Source of the DNA: Pseudomonadota bacterium | GTDB taxonomy: Bacteria; Pseudomonadota; Alphaproteobacteria; Rhodobacterales; Rhodobacteraceae | Length of the DNA: 64,000 bases | Assembly: GCA_020161615.1 (NCBI GenBank) | Contig: JAIUPD010000001.1 | Span: forward strand, 450,875-514,874 | Direction: 5' to 3' | Notes under the pieces: generated by a model | What the model saw: the letters and a program-made list of their open reading frames with translations, nothing else | Told to the model about the DNA's origin: nothing | Database searches by the model: none | Shown: positions 30,726 through 39,332 of the stretch, one piece after another | Numbering within the stretch: the first letter of the stretch is position 1 | Layout: each line of letters opens with the position of its first letter | Made by a program: the position numbers and the translations under genes

Positions 30726-31722
30726 TCCGCACCGAATCGTATTTTCGCCGCGGCTCGGCCAGCGCGGTTGCGGCAAGGAGCCGGGCAGAGTGGCGGACCT
30801 GCGCGTCGATATCGGCTTGGGTCACATCGCGGCGCTCCATCTCGGCGGTGATGCGGGCTTCGTCGACCATCCAGTCAGGCAGGAACTGGCGCACATAGCC
30901 GCGGTAGAGCACCGCCTGCACCTTCAGGCCCGCGGCTTCGGCGCAATCCTGCAGGCTTTCCGGCGTGAAGAAGTTCAGATGCCGGGGCACGTCGAGCCAG
31001 CGCCAGCGCGGCCCCATGCGACGGCTGCCTTCCGAGGCGTTGTTCGGCACTTCGACCGACATGACCCCGCCCTCGGTCAGGAGGTCGCGCGCATTGGCCA
31101 GCGCCAGCACCGGGTCCAGCGTGTGTTCCAGCACATGCGAGAAGACCACAAGGTCGTAACGGCGGTCACGCACCGCCTCGGGCAGCCGCTCGGCCGTGCC
31201 CTCCATCACGTCGAGGCCCCGCTCGCGCGCCACACAGACCGCGCGGGGATCGGGCTCGACCCCCCGGACATGGCGCAGATGCGGGCCGAAGGTGCGCATC
31301 CGGTCGCCGTCGCCGCAGCCGATCTCGAGCCCGTTTTCGGATTCCGGCGGGATGATCGACCGCCACCAGGCCGAGGTGGGCTCGGCCCCGCGTTCGAAGC
31401 GATAGGCCAGGGCGCCCAGAATCTTGCCCAGCAGACCGACGCTTTCGGCCTCGGCCTCGACATCCGGTTTGTAGCGCTCGGCGTGGGTGTAATAGGCGTC
31501 GATGTCGTAGAAGCTGGCCACTTCCGAGGCGCGGGGCCGCGGGAAGACCTGGCCGAAACCGTCGTCCTCGTTCCACCAGATCTGCCAGGCACGACGGTCA
31601 GCGGGGCGGCGCCAGTCGATGGGCACCGTGAGACCGGGGTGCATGACAGACCCTGTCAGGGGGCAGCAGGGGTAGATGCTCAGCGGGGCAATCGTTTCCG
31701 ACATGCCTGCGAAGTCCTTCAT
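30706..31722 (-). CDS. class I SAM-dependent methyltransferase
   Basis: LEIGCGDGD (motif I), an acidic residue after beta-2, a later DLVVFSHVLEH, and LLTEGGVMSVEVPN. Confidence 0.8.
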   Translation of the reverse strand: MKDFAGMSETIAPLSIYPCCPLTGSVMHPGLTVPIDWRRPADRRAWQIWWNEDDGFGQVFPRPRASEVASFYDIDAYYTHAERYKPDVEAEAESVGLLGKILGALAYRFERGAEPTSAWWRSIIPPESENGLEIGCGDGDRMRTFGPHLRHVRGVEPDPRAVCVARERGLDVMEGTAERLPEAVRDRRYDLVVFSHVLEHTLDPVLALANARDLLTEGGVMSVEVPNNASEGSRRMGPRWRWLDVPRHLNFFTPESLQDCAEAAGLKVQAVLYRGYVRQFLPDWMVDEARITAEMERRDVTQADIDAQVRHSARLLAATALAEPRRKYDSVRIICTRD

Positions 31723-31801
31723 GGGTCAGCTCCATCCGCTTGGAATGGCTCGGTCGTGATCCCATAATGCGGCAACACTTGGGCAATGTATCGGGAAACC
31801 C

Positions 31802-31942
31802 TCAGATCGCGGCCGAGAAAATCACCGGATGCAGGAAGGCGACCTCGGTATCGCCATGGCCGAGGGCGGACACGGCGCCGGCGATCAGCACGGCGACGGC
31901 AACCACGGTCCAGAGGCGGGCGGCTTTGAATTGCTGGGGCAT
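31802..31942 (-). CDS. small single-pass membrane peptide (46 aa), hypothetical
   Basis: AAAGGAG Shine-Dalgarno sequence 6 nt before the ATG at 31942. MPQQFKAARLWTVVAVAVLIAGAVSAL is a clear TM helix. It lies 79 nt upstream of the methyltransferase on the same strand. Confidence 0.4.
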   Translation of the reverse strand: MPQQFKAARLWTVVAVAVLIAGAVSALGHGDTEVAFLHPVIFSAAI

Positions 31943-32047
31943 GGCGGGCTCCTTTCTGGAATACGCAGGTGAGTCGTACGGCGTGGCGGTCCGGTTCAAA
32001 GACGAGCGCCCCGTTGCGCGCCCCGTCGCGCGGGGCTAAGGAAAGCC

Positions 32048-32995
32048 ATGAGCGTGACCCTGCCTTCCCCCTCCGATCCGTTGCGTATCGGCACCCGCGG
32101 CTCGCCGCTGGCGCTGGCGCAGGCCCATGAAACGCGCGCCCGGCTGATGGCGGCCTTCGACCTGCCGGAGGCGGCTTTCCAGATCGTCACCGTTCAGACC
32201 ACGGGCGACCGCGTGCAGGACCGCGCGCTCAAGGAACTGGGTGGCAAAGGCCTCTTCACCCGCGAGATCGAGGAGATGATGCTGGCGGGGGCGCTGGATA
32301 TCGCCGTTCATTCGATGAAGGACATGCCGGTCGCGCAGCCCGAGGGGCTGATTCTGGATTGCTACCTGCCGCGCGAGGACGTGCGCGACGCTTTCGTCTC
32401 GCCTCTGGTCGGGCGGTTGACCGATCTGGCGCCGGGCCAGGTGGTGGGCACCTCGTCCCTCAGACGGCGCGCGCAGCTTTTGCACCGGCGGCCCGATCTC
32501 AGAGTCGTGGAATTCCGCGGCAATGTGCAGACCCGGCTGCGCAAATTGTCCGAAAAGGTCGCCGATTGCACCTTCCTCGCCATGGCCGGGCTGAACCGGC
32601 TGGGCATGGCCGAGGTGGCGCGCTCGGCTATCGAACCCGACGAGATGCTGCCGGCGGTGGCCCAGGGCGCCATCGGCATCGAGCGGCGGCAGGGCGATGC
32701 GCGGGCCGAGGCGATGCTGGCGATGATCCACCACGGGCCGACCGGCCTGCGGCTCGCGGCTGAACGCGCCTATCTCGCCACGCTCGATGGCTCTTGCGAG
32801 ACACCGATCGCCGGGCTTGCCCAGCTCGATGGCGACGAAATCTGGCTGAGGGGCGAGATCCTGCGCCCCGATGGCTCGGACGCCCTGGCCGAGGAAGGCC
32901 GCGCCGCGGTGGCCGACGGGGCGGCGCTGGGGGCCGAGATCGCCCGCCGTCTGCTGGCCCGGGCACCGCGCGGATTCTTCGACTGGCGGGCCTGA
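32048..32995 (+). CDS. hemC: hydroxymethylbilane synthase (porphobilinogen deaminase)
   Basis: IGTRGSPLALAQA, HSMKDMP, RGNVQTRLRKL and the LDGSCETPIAG cofactor Cys region. Confidence 0.9.
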   Translation: MSVTLPSPSDPLRIGTRGSPLALAQAHETRARLMAAFDLPEAAFQIVTVQTTGDRVQDRALKELGGKGLFTREIEEMMLAGALDIAVHSMKDMPVAQPEGLILDCYLPREDVRDAFVSPLVGRLTDLAPGQVVGTSSLRRRAQLLHRRPDLRVVEFRGNVQTRLRKLSEKVADCTFLAMAGLNRLGMAEVARSAIEPDEMLPAVAQGAIGIERRQGDARAEAMLAMIHHGPTGLRLAAERAYLATLDGSCETPIAGLAQLDGDEIWLRGEILRPDGSDALAEEGRAAVADGAALGAEIARRLLARAPRGFFDWRA

Positions 32996-33013
32996 AGGTC
33001 TGACCTTCCGCAG

Positions 33014-33077
33014 ATGTTGAAAAACTGAAAGCTAGGGCGCTTATGCTCTGGGCTCTCGGTATTTCAATGTTGAAAAA
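33014..33077. repeat. 11-nt direct repeat ATGTTGAAAAA (33014-33024 and 33067-33077) in an AT-rich convergent spacer
   Basis: Exact 11-mer repeated 53 nt apart. The spacer is ~43% GC by hand count, in a genome in the mid-60s %. Confidence 0.8.
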
Positions 33078-33080
33078 GTC

Positions 33081-34130
33081 TCAGCCGAGCCAGGCGGCAA
33101 TCCGATCCGCCAGCACCTCCTGCGCCGCATCGTCCAGCCTGTCGGTGACCAGCGTCTGAACCGCCGGCGCCTGACGCAGCCGGGTCTTGGCGTAGCGCGG
33201 ATCGTAATGTTCCTGCATCAGCCGGGCCGCCAGCGGGGCGAAATCGCCCCCCTCTGCGAGCGCCTGCCATTCGTGGATGGTCTCCCGCGCGTGAAAGGGG
33301 CCGAGCGCGGCGATGCGCGCCGAAAGCTCGGCGGGATCGGCGGTGACATCGCCATAGGCGCGCGTCAGCCACTCGGCCCGCGCCGCGACCGGCGCGGCGA
33401 TCTCGATCCGCGGCGCCGCCTGCATCGCCGACCAAAGCGCCGGCGGGAGCCGCAGCGCGCCGATCCGGTTCGATTCCGCCTCGACCAGCACCGGGCGGGC
33501 CGGATCGAGCCGCGCCATGTCATACGCGAGCGCGCTCTCGAAGCCCTTTTGCGCGGGCTGGGCATCGCCCGGCACCAGGCCGAACAGGCTGCCCCGGTGC
33601 CGCGCCAGTCCCTCGAGGTCGATGACCTGCCCGCCCCGTGCCCGCACCTTCGCCAGGATCGCGGTCTTGGCGGTGCCGGTATTGCCGTCCAGCACGGCGA
33701 CCGGGGCGGGAAAGGGGGCCTCGTAAAGCGCCTGCTGCACCAGCCGCCGCCAACTCCGCCAACCGCCGTCCAGCACGCCGACCCGCCAGCCGATCTGGCC
33801 GTAGATCAGCGCGATGGCATTCGACCGCATGCCGCCCCGCCAGCAATAGACCAGCGGGCGGTAGCCGGCGGGCTTGTCGGCGAGATGGGTCAGCAGATGC
33901 GCGGCGGCATTCCGCGCGACATAGGCGGCCCCCAGACGGCGGGCCAGGAAACGGCTTTCCTGGACGTAGATCGTGCCGATCTCGGCCCGTTCCGCGTTGC
34001 TGAGCGACGGCAGGTTGATCGCGCCCGGCAGGTGGTCTTCGGCGTATTCGGCGGGGGAACGGGTGTCGATCACCTCGTCATAGGGCAGCGAGGCGAGATC
34101 GGCGAGGGAGGTCAGGGTGACGCGTTGCAT
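33081..34130 (-). CDS. selU: tRNA 2-selenouridine synthase (rhodanese plus P-loop)
   Basis: Rhodanese domain with the active-site loop VYCWRGGMRS, followed by a Walker A-like GNTGTAKT. The length and layout are typical of SelU/MnmH. Confidence 0.8.
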   Translation of the reverse strand: MQRVTLTSLADLASLPYDEVIDTRSPAEYAEDHLPGAINLPSLSNAERAEIGTIYVQESRFLARRLGAAYVARNAAAHLLTHLADKPAGYRPLVYCWRGGMRSNAIALIYGQIGWRVGVLDGGWRSWRRLVQQALYEAPFPAPVAVLDGNTGTAKTAILAKVRARGGQVIDLEGLARHRGSLFGLVPGDAQPAQKGFESALAYDMARLDPARPVLVEAESNRIGALRLPPALWSAMQAAPRIEIAAPVAARAEWLTRAYGDVTADPAELSARIAALGPFHARETIHEWQALAEGGDFAPLAARLMQEHYDPRYAKTRLRQAPAVQTLVTDRLDDAAQEVLADRIAAWLG

Positions 34131-34204
34131 GGCGCTGGCTTAGCGGAGCGAAGGCGGGCCGGGAAGGGGGTTCGCCCCGGGCTGCGCCGGCGGGCGACCG
34201 GGGC

Positions 34205-34425
34205 GGGGGTCTGCCGCCCCCCGAGAGCGCACAAGGCGGGGGGCTGCCGCCCCCCGGCCCCCTGCTTCAAGGGGGAAGCACGCTCCCCCCTTGAAAATCC
34301 CCCCGTGGATATTTGACGCACGAAGATGCGGATTAGCATTTCGGTAACCTTGATCTTTGTTCCTCAAATATCCCACGGGGGTCTGGAGGTGTGAAACCCC
34401 CAGGGGCGCCACGCGTGCGCCGCTC
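34205..34425. repeat. composite palindromic intergenic repeat, copy 2
   Basis: Lead-in GGGCTGCCGCCCCCCGG, hairpin TTCAAGGGGG-AAGCACGCT-CCCCCCTTGAA, arm GTGGATATTTGACGCACGAAGAT (34305-34327), a 25-nt core, and the inverted arm ATCTTTGTTCCTCAAATATCCCAC (34353-34376). Confidence 0.85.
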
Positions 34426-34482
34426 TTTCCCTTTGCCTCCTCCTTGGCTAAACACCGGCGAAACCTCCCGAGGATTGCGCAG

Positions 34483-37400
34483 ATGACGATGGACAAGACT
34501 TTCGACGCCGCCGAAGCCGAAGCGCGGATCGCCCGCCTCTGGGAGGAGAGCGGTGCCTTCAAGGCCGGGGCCGGGGCCCGCCGGGACGAGACCTTCTGCA
34601 TCATGATCCCCCCGCCCAACGTGACGGGCAGCCTGCACATGGGGCACGCTTTCAACAACACGCTTCAGGATATCCTGGTCCGCTGGCACCGGATGCGCGG
34701 ATTCGACACGCTCTGGCAGCCGGGTCAGGACCATGCCGGGATCGCGACGCAGATGGTGGTGGAGCGGGAACTGGCCAAGGACAAGGCCAACGCCACGCGT
34801 CGCGAGATGGGGCGCGAGGCCTTTACCGCCAAGATCTGGGAATGGAAGGCGCAATCGGGCGGCACGATCATCGGCCAGCTCAAGCGGCTGGGCTGCTCGC
34901 TCGACTGGTCGCGGAATGCCTTCACCATGTCGGGCGCCCCGGGCGCGCCGGCCGGCGAGGAGGGGAATTTCCACGACGCGGTGATCAAGGTCTTCGTCGA
35001 CCTCTATAACAAGGGCCTCATTTATCGCGGCCAGCGGCTGGTGAACTGGGACCCGCATTTCGAGACGGCGATCTCGGACCTCGAGGTCGAGAATACCGAG
35101 GTCGCAGGCCATATGTGGCATTTCAAATACCCGCTGGCTGGGGGCGCGACCTATGAATACGTGGAGCGCGACGAGGACGGGAACGTCACCAAGCGCGAGA
35201 CGCGCAACTATATCTCCATCGCCACCACCCGGCCCGAAACCATGCTGGGCGACGGTGCGGTCGCGGTGCACCCCTCCGATGAGCGTTACAAGCCCATCGT
35301 CGGCATGCTCTGCGAGATCCCGGTGGGACCGAAGGAACATCGCCGTCTGATCCCGATCATCACCGACGAATACCCCGACCCGGCCTTCGGTTCGGGCGCG
35401 GTGAAGATCACCGGCGCGCATGATTTCAACGATTACGCCGTGGCGCAGCGCAACGGCATCCCGCTCTACAACCTGATGGACACCAAGGCGCGGATGCGCG
35501 CTGACGGGCTGTCCTATGAGGAAAGCGCGCAGATCGCGGGGGCGATTGCCCGGGGCGAGCGCGAGGCGGGGGATGTCTCGGCCATCAACCTGGTGCCGGA
35601 GGAGCTGCGCGGCCTCGACCGCTATGACGCGCGGAAGGCGGTGGTCGCGGCGATCAACGCCGAGGGGCTGGCAGTGACGGTGCTGAAGAAGAGCATCGAC
35701 CCCGAGACCAATGCCGAGCATCTGGAAAAGGTGCCGCTGGTCGAGGACAAGCCGATCATGCAGCCCTTCGGCGACCGCTCGAAAGTGGTGATCGAGCCCT
35801 TCCTGACCTGGCAATGGTTCGTCGATACCTCGAAACTGGTGGGCCCGGCGCTGGAGGCGGTGCGCAAGGGCTGCGAGGCCGACCGGGCCGGTGGCTTCGA
35901 CGAGACCGCGGGCTATACCCGGATCCTGCCGGAATCGGGCGAGAAGACCTATTACCATTGGCTGGAGAATATCGAGCCCTGGTGCATCTCGCGGCAGCTG
36001 TGGTGGGGGCATCAGATCCCGGTGTGGTACGGGCCTTTGAAGCGTTCGTCGGCCGGTTCAACAATGACGCTGCATATTACCCATGAGCCTACGGCGCAAA
36101 ACGAGAACCGGGTTAGAGCGGAGAAATTTGAGTCCTTCTGTGCCGCTTCTGTTGCGGATGCGTTGGCAGCAGCGCGCTCATACTACGACCCTATTCCAGT
36201 CATCGAAGTAAGTGACCTAGAAGAGTTCAATGCGAAACTTGCCGAATTCTTAACTGGTTCAGGAAACGCAAACGAAATCACGCCCGTTCCGCTCTACCGC
36301 GACCCCGACGTCCTCGACACCTGGTTCTCCTCGGGCCTGTGGCCCATCGGGACGCTGGGCTGGCCCGAACAGACCCCGGAACTGGGCAAGTATTTCCCCA
36401 CCGATGTGCTGGTGACGGGGCAGGACATCCTGTTCTTCTGGGTCGCCCGGATGATGATGATGCAGCTGGCCGTGGTCAGCGAGGTGCCGTTCCACACGGT
36501 CTATCTGCATGGCCTCGTCCGCGACGCCAAGGGCAAGAAGATGTCCAAGTCGGTGGGGAACGTCATCGACCCCCTGGAGATCATCGACGAATTCGGCGCC
36601 GATGCGCTCAGGTTCACCAATGCCGCCATGGCCTCGCTGGGGGGCGTGCTGAAGCTCGATACCCAGCGGATTACCGGCTACCGGAACTTCACCACCAAAC
36701 TCTGGAACGCCACCCGCTTCGCCGAGATGAACGGTGTCTTCGAGGGGGCGCCCTCGGCAGATGTCCCCGCGGCCACCGCCACGGCGAACCGCTGGATCAT
36801 CGGCGAGACGGCGCGCACCCGCGTGGCCGTGGACGAGGCGCTGGCCAATTACCGCTTCAACGACGCGGCGCAGGCGCTTTATGCCTTCGTCTGGGGCAAG
36901 GTCTGCGACTGGTACGTAGAATTCGCCAAGCCCCTCTTCGACGGCGAGCAGGCGGGCGAGACCAAGGCGGTGATGCGCTGGGTGCTGGACCAGTGCTTCG
37001 TGATGCTGCACCCGATCATGCCCTTCATCACCGAGGAACTCTGGGCCCTGACCGGCCCGCGCGAGACCCTCTGCGTGCATGCGCCCTGGCCGGAATACGG
37101 GCCGGAACTGGCCGATGCCGAGGCCGACCGCGAGATGTCCTGGGTGATCGGTCTGATCGAGGGGATCCGCTCGTCCCGCACGCAGATGCGGGTGCCGGCC
37201 GGGCTGAAACTGCCGATGCTGGTGGTGGACGAGGACGTGACCGCGGCCGAGCGCTACGGCCGCAACGAGGCGCTGATCGAACGGCTGGCGCGGCTCGACG
37301 GGCTGCATCGGGGCACGGAAGTGCCGCGCGCAGCGCTGACCGTGGCGGCCGAGGGCGCGACCTATGCGCTGCCGCTCGAGGGTGTGATCGACGTCAAGGC

Positions 37401-37599
37401 CGAGGCTGACCGGCTGGGCAAGGGGCTGGAGAAGCTGGAGAAAGAGATCGGCGGGCTGAAGGGCCGGCTCGACAATCCGCGCTTCGTGGCCAATGCGGCC
37501 GAGGAGGTGGTCGAGGAAGCCCGCGCCACGCTGGCCGAGAAGTCGGACGAGGCGGCGCGACTGGCCGAGGTCCTGGCGAAACTGCGCGCCATGGCCTGA
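34483..37599 (+). CDS. valS: valine--tRNA ligase
   Basis: [14 protein letters not shown] (HIGH), KMSKS at ~36538-36552, an editing domain, and a C-terminal coiled coil. The ATG at 34483 gives the canonical [13 protein letters not shown]... N-terminus. Confidence 0.95.
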   Translation: MTMDKTFDAAEAEARIARLWEESGAFKAGAGARRDETFCIMIPPPNVTGSLHMGHAFNNTLQDILVRWHRMRGFDTLWQPGQDHAGIATQMVVERELAKDKANATRREMGREAFTAKIWEWKAQSGGTIIGQLKRLGCSLDWSRNAFTMSGAPGAPAGEEGNFHDAVIKVFVDLYNKGLIYRGQRLVNWDPHFETAISDLEVENTEVAGHMWHFKYPLAGGATYEYVERDEDGNVTKRETRNYISIATTRPETMLGDGAVAVHPSDERYKPIVGMLCEIPVGPKEHRRLIPIITDEYPDPAFGSGAVKITGAHDFNDYAVAQRNGIPLYNLMDTKARMRADGLSYEESAQIAGAIARGEREAGDVSAINLVPEELRGLDRYDARKAVVAAINAEGLAVTVLKKSIDPETNAEHLEKVPLVEDKPIMQPFGDRSKVVIEPFLTWQWFVDTSKLVGPALEAVRKGCEADRAGGFDETAGYTRILPESGEKTYYHWLENIEPWCISRQLWWGHQIPVWYGPLKRSSAGSTMTLHITHEPTAQNENRVRAEKFESFCAASVADALAAARSYYDPIPVIEVSDLEEFNAKLAEFLTGSGNANEITPVPLYRDPDVLDTWFSSGLWPIGTLGWPEQTPELGKYFPTDVLVTGQDILFFWVARMMMMQLAVVSEVPFHTVYLHGLVRDAKGKKMSKSVGNVIDPLEIIDEFGADALRFTNAAMASLGGVLKLDTQRITGYRNFTTKLWNATRFAEMNGVFEGAPSADVPAATATANRWIIGETARTRVAVDEALANYRFNDAAQALYAFVWGKVCDWYVEFAKPLFDGEQAGETKAVMRWVLDQCFVMLHPIMPFITEELWALTGPRETLCVHAPWPEYGPELADAEADREMSWVIGLIEGIRSSRTQMRVPAGLKLPMLVVDEDVTAAERYGRNEALIERLARLDGLHRGTEVPRAALTVAAEGATYALPLEGVIDVKAEADRLGKGLEKLEKEIGGLKGRLDNPRFVANAAEEVVEEARATLAEKSDEAARLAEVLAKLRAMA

Positions 37600-37642
37600 G
37601 GTCGCAGCGGTCTCGCCCTCGTGCCTCGGGCGACCGGGGCGG

Positions 37643-37915
37643 AGGGCTGCCGCCCCCCGCGCCCCCCGCCCAAAGGGGGGCACGCCCCCCTTTGGAAACC
37701 CCGTGGATATTTGGGGCGCAAAGATGGGCGCAAGTCACGATTGATTAAGGTTAATCGGGCATGATGAGAGCGCGGTACAGGCTGGGAAGCCGATGACCGT
37801 GCGCGAAGATGGCGGCGTGGCCCCTGCGGGTCACGCCGCTTTCGCATCTTTGCGCCTCAAATATCCTCCGGGGGGTCCGGGGGGTGGAAAACCCCCCGGC
37901 CTCGCCACAAGCGCG
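37643..37915. repeat. composite palindromic intergenic repeat, copy 3 (largest)
   Basis: Hairpin 37670-37695, arm GTGGATATTTGGGGCGCAAAGATG (37703-37726), a 118-nt core, the inverted arm CATCTTTGCGCCTCAAATATCCTC (37845-37868), and hairpin CCGGGGGG-TGGAAAA-CCCCCCGG (37877-37899). Confidence 0.85.
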
Positions 37916-37924
37916 GCGCTCCGG

Positions 37925-38626
37925 TCAGGGCGTGATGCGGGCCAGGAGATCCTCGACCGCCGGACCCAGGGCCTCCACCACCAATGCCACACCCTGCGGG
38001 TTCGGGTGGATCATGTCGTTCTGGAACAGCGACCCGGGGGCGGCCCCCGCCTCGACCGCGGCGCCGATCGGGGCCAGCATGTCAGGGACGAGCAGCGCGC
38101 CGTATTGCGCCGCGACCTCGGGATACATGGCCGCGAAGGCCTGCTGATAGTCCGGCCCGTAATTGCCCGGCGCGGGCAGGCCGACCAGCAGCGCCGGGAT
38201 CCCCTGGTCCGAGAGGCGGGCCAGGATCGCCTCCAGATTGGCGCGGCTCAGCCCCGGGTCGATCCCGCGCAACAGATCATTGCCCCCCAGCGCCACGATC
38301 ATCGCCTGTGGCCCATCGGCCAGCGTCCAGTCGAGCCGCGCCAGCCCGCCCGTCGTCGTATCGCCGCTGACCCCCGCGTTCTGCACCGTCACGTCATGGC
38401 CGCGCGCCCGGAGCCAGCCCTCAAGCTGCGGCACCAGCCCTTCGTCCTGCATCAGCCCGTACCCCTGGGTCAGCGAATCCCCCAGCGCCGTGATGCGCAA
38501 TGTTTCGGCAGCGGCGCCGGAAAACGGCACCGCCAGCGTGAAAACCAGCGCTGCCACCCTGCTCCAGCGCTTGCCTGCGCGCCGGGAGACCCCATATCGG
38601 CCTAAAACGCCAAGGAAATTCTTCAT
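37925..38626 (-). CDS. SGNH/GDSL hydrolase (TesA-like arylesterase/lysophospholipase L1), secreted
   Basis: Signal peptide, then ITALGDSLTQGYG (block I Ser), GGND (block III), and a late DMIHPN (block V Asp-x-x-His). Confidence 0.8.
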   Translation of the reverse strand: MKNFLGVLGRYGVSRRAGKRWSRVAALVFTLAVPFSGAAAETLRITALGDSLTQGYGLMQDEGLVPQLEGWLRARGHDVTVQNAGVSGDTTTGGLARLDWTLADGPQAMIVALGGNDLLRGIDPGLSRANLEAILARLSDQGIPALLVGLPAPGNYGPDYQQAFAAMYPEVAAQYGALLVPDMLAPIGAAVEAGAAPGSLFQNDMIHPNPQGVALVVEALGPAVEDLLARITP

Positions 38627-39332
38627 GCCCGATCCTGTTCTGTCGCTTCGCGATGCCCGTCTGACCTTGCAGGGCAACGCCGGGCCTGTCGATATCCTCA
38701 AGGGCATCTCGCTGGAAGTTGAGCGGGGGCAATCGGTCGGGCTGGTGGGGCCCTCGGGGTCGGGCAAGTCCTCGCTTCTCATGCTGATGGGCGGGCTGGA
38801 GCGCGCCACCGGTGGCAGCGTGCGGGCGCTGGACAGTGACCTGACCGCGATGAATGAGGATCAGCTGGCTCGCTTTCGCCGCGGCAACATGGGGGTGGTC
38901 TTCCAGTCCTTCCATCTGATCCCGACCATGACCGCGCTGGAGAATGTGGCGACGCCGCTGGAGCTCGCTGGCCGCAAGGACGCTTTCGAACGGGCGGAGG
39001 CGGAGCTGACCGCCGTGGGGCTCGGCGCGCGGATGCACCATTACCCGGCGCAGTTGTCGGGGGGTGAGCAGCAGCGCGTGGCGCTGGCTCGCGCCGCCGC
39101 GCCCCGACCCGCGATCCTGCTGGCCGACGAGCCCACCGGCAACCTCGACGGGCCGAACGGGCAGGCGATCATGGACATGCTCTTTGGTCTGCGCGACCGG
39201 CACGGGGCGACGCTGGTGCTGGTGACCCATGCGCCGGAACTCGCGGCGCGTTGTGACCGGGTGATCCATCTGCGCGACGGAATGATCGAGACCGAGACGC
39301 GCGCCGAGGCCCGGGCCGAGGCCGCGCAATGA
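38625..39332 (+). CDS. ABC transporter ATP-binding protein (YbbA/LolD-like)
   Basis: Walker A GPSGSGKSS, signature LSGGEQQRVALARA, and Walker B ILLADEPTGNLD. An AAGGAA Shine-Dalgarno sequence lies 7 nt before the ATG. Confidence 0.85.
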   Translation: MPDPVLSLRDARLTLQGNAGPVDILKGISLEVERGQSVGLVGPSGSGKSSLLMLMGGLERATGGSVRALDSDLTAMNEDQLARFRRGNMGVVFQSFHLIPTMTALENVATPLELAGRKDAFERAEAELTAVGLGARMHHYPAQLSGGEQQRVALARAAAPRPAILLADEPTGNLDGPNGQAIMDMLFGLRDRHGATLVLVTHAPELAARCDRVIHLRDGMIETETRAEARAEAAQ

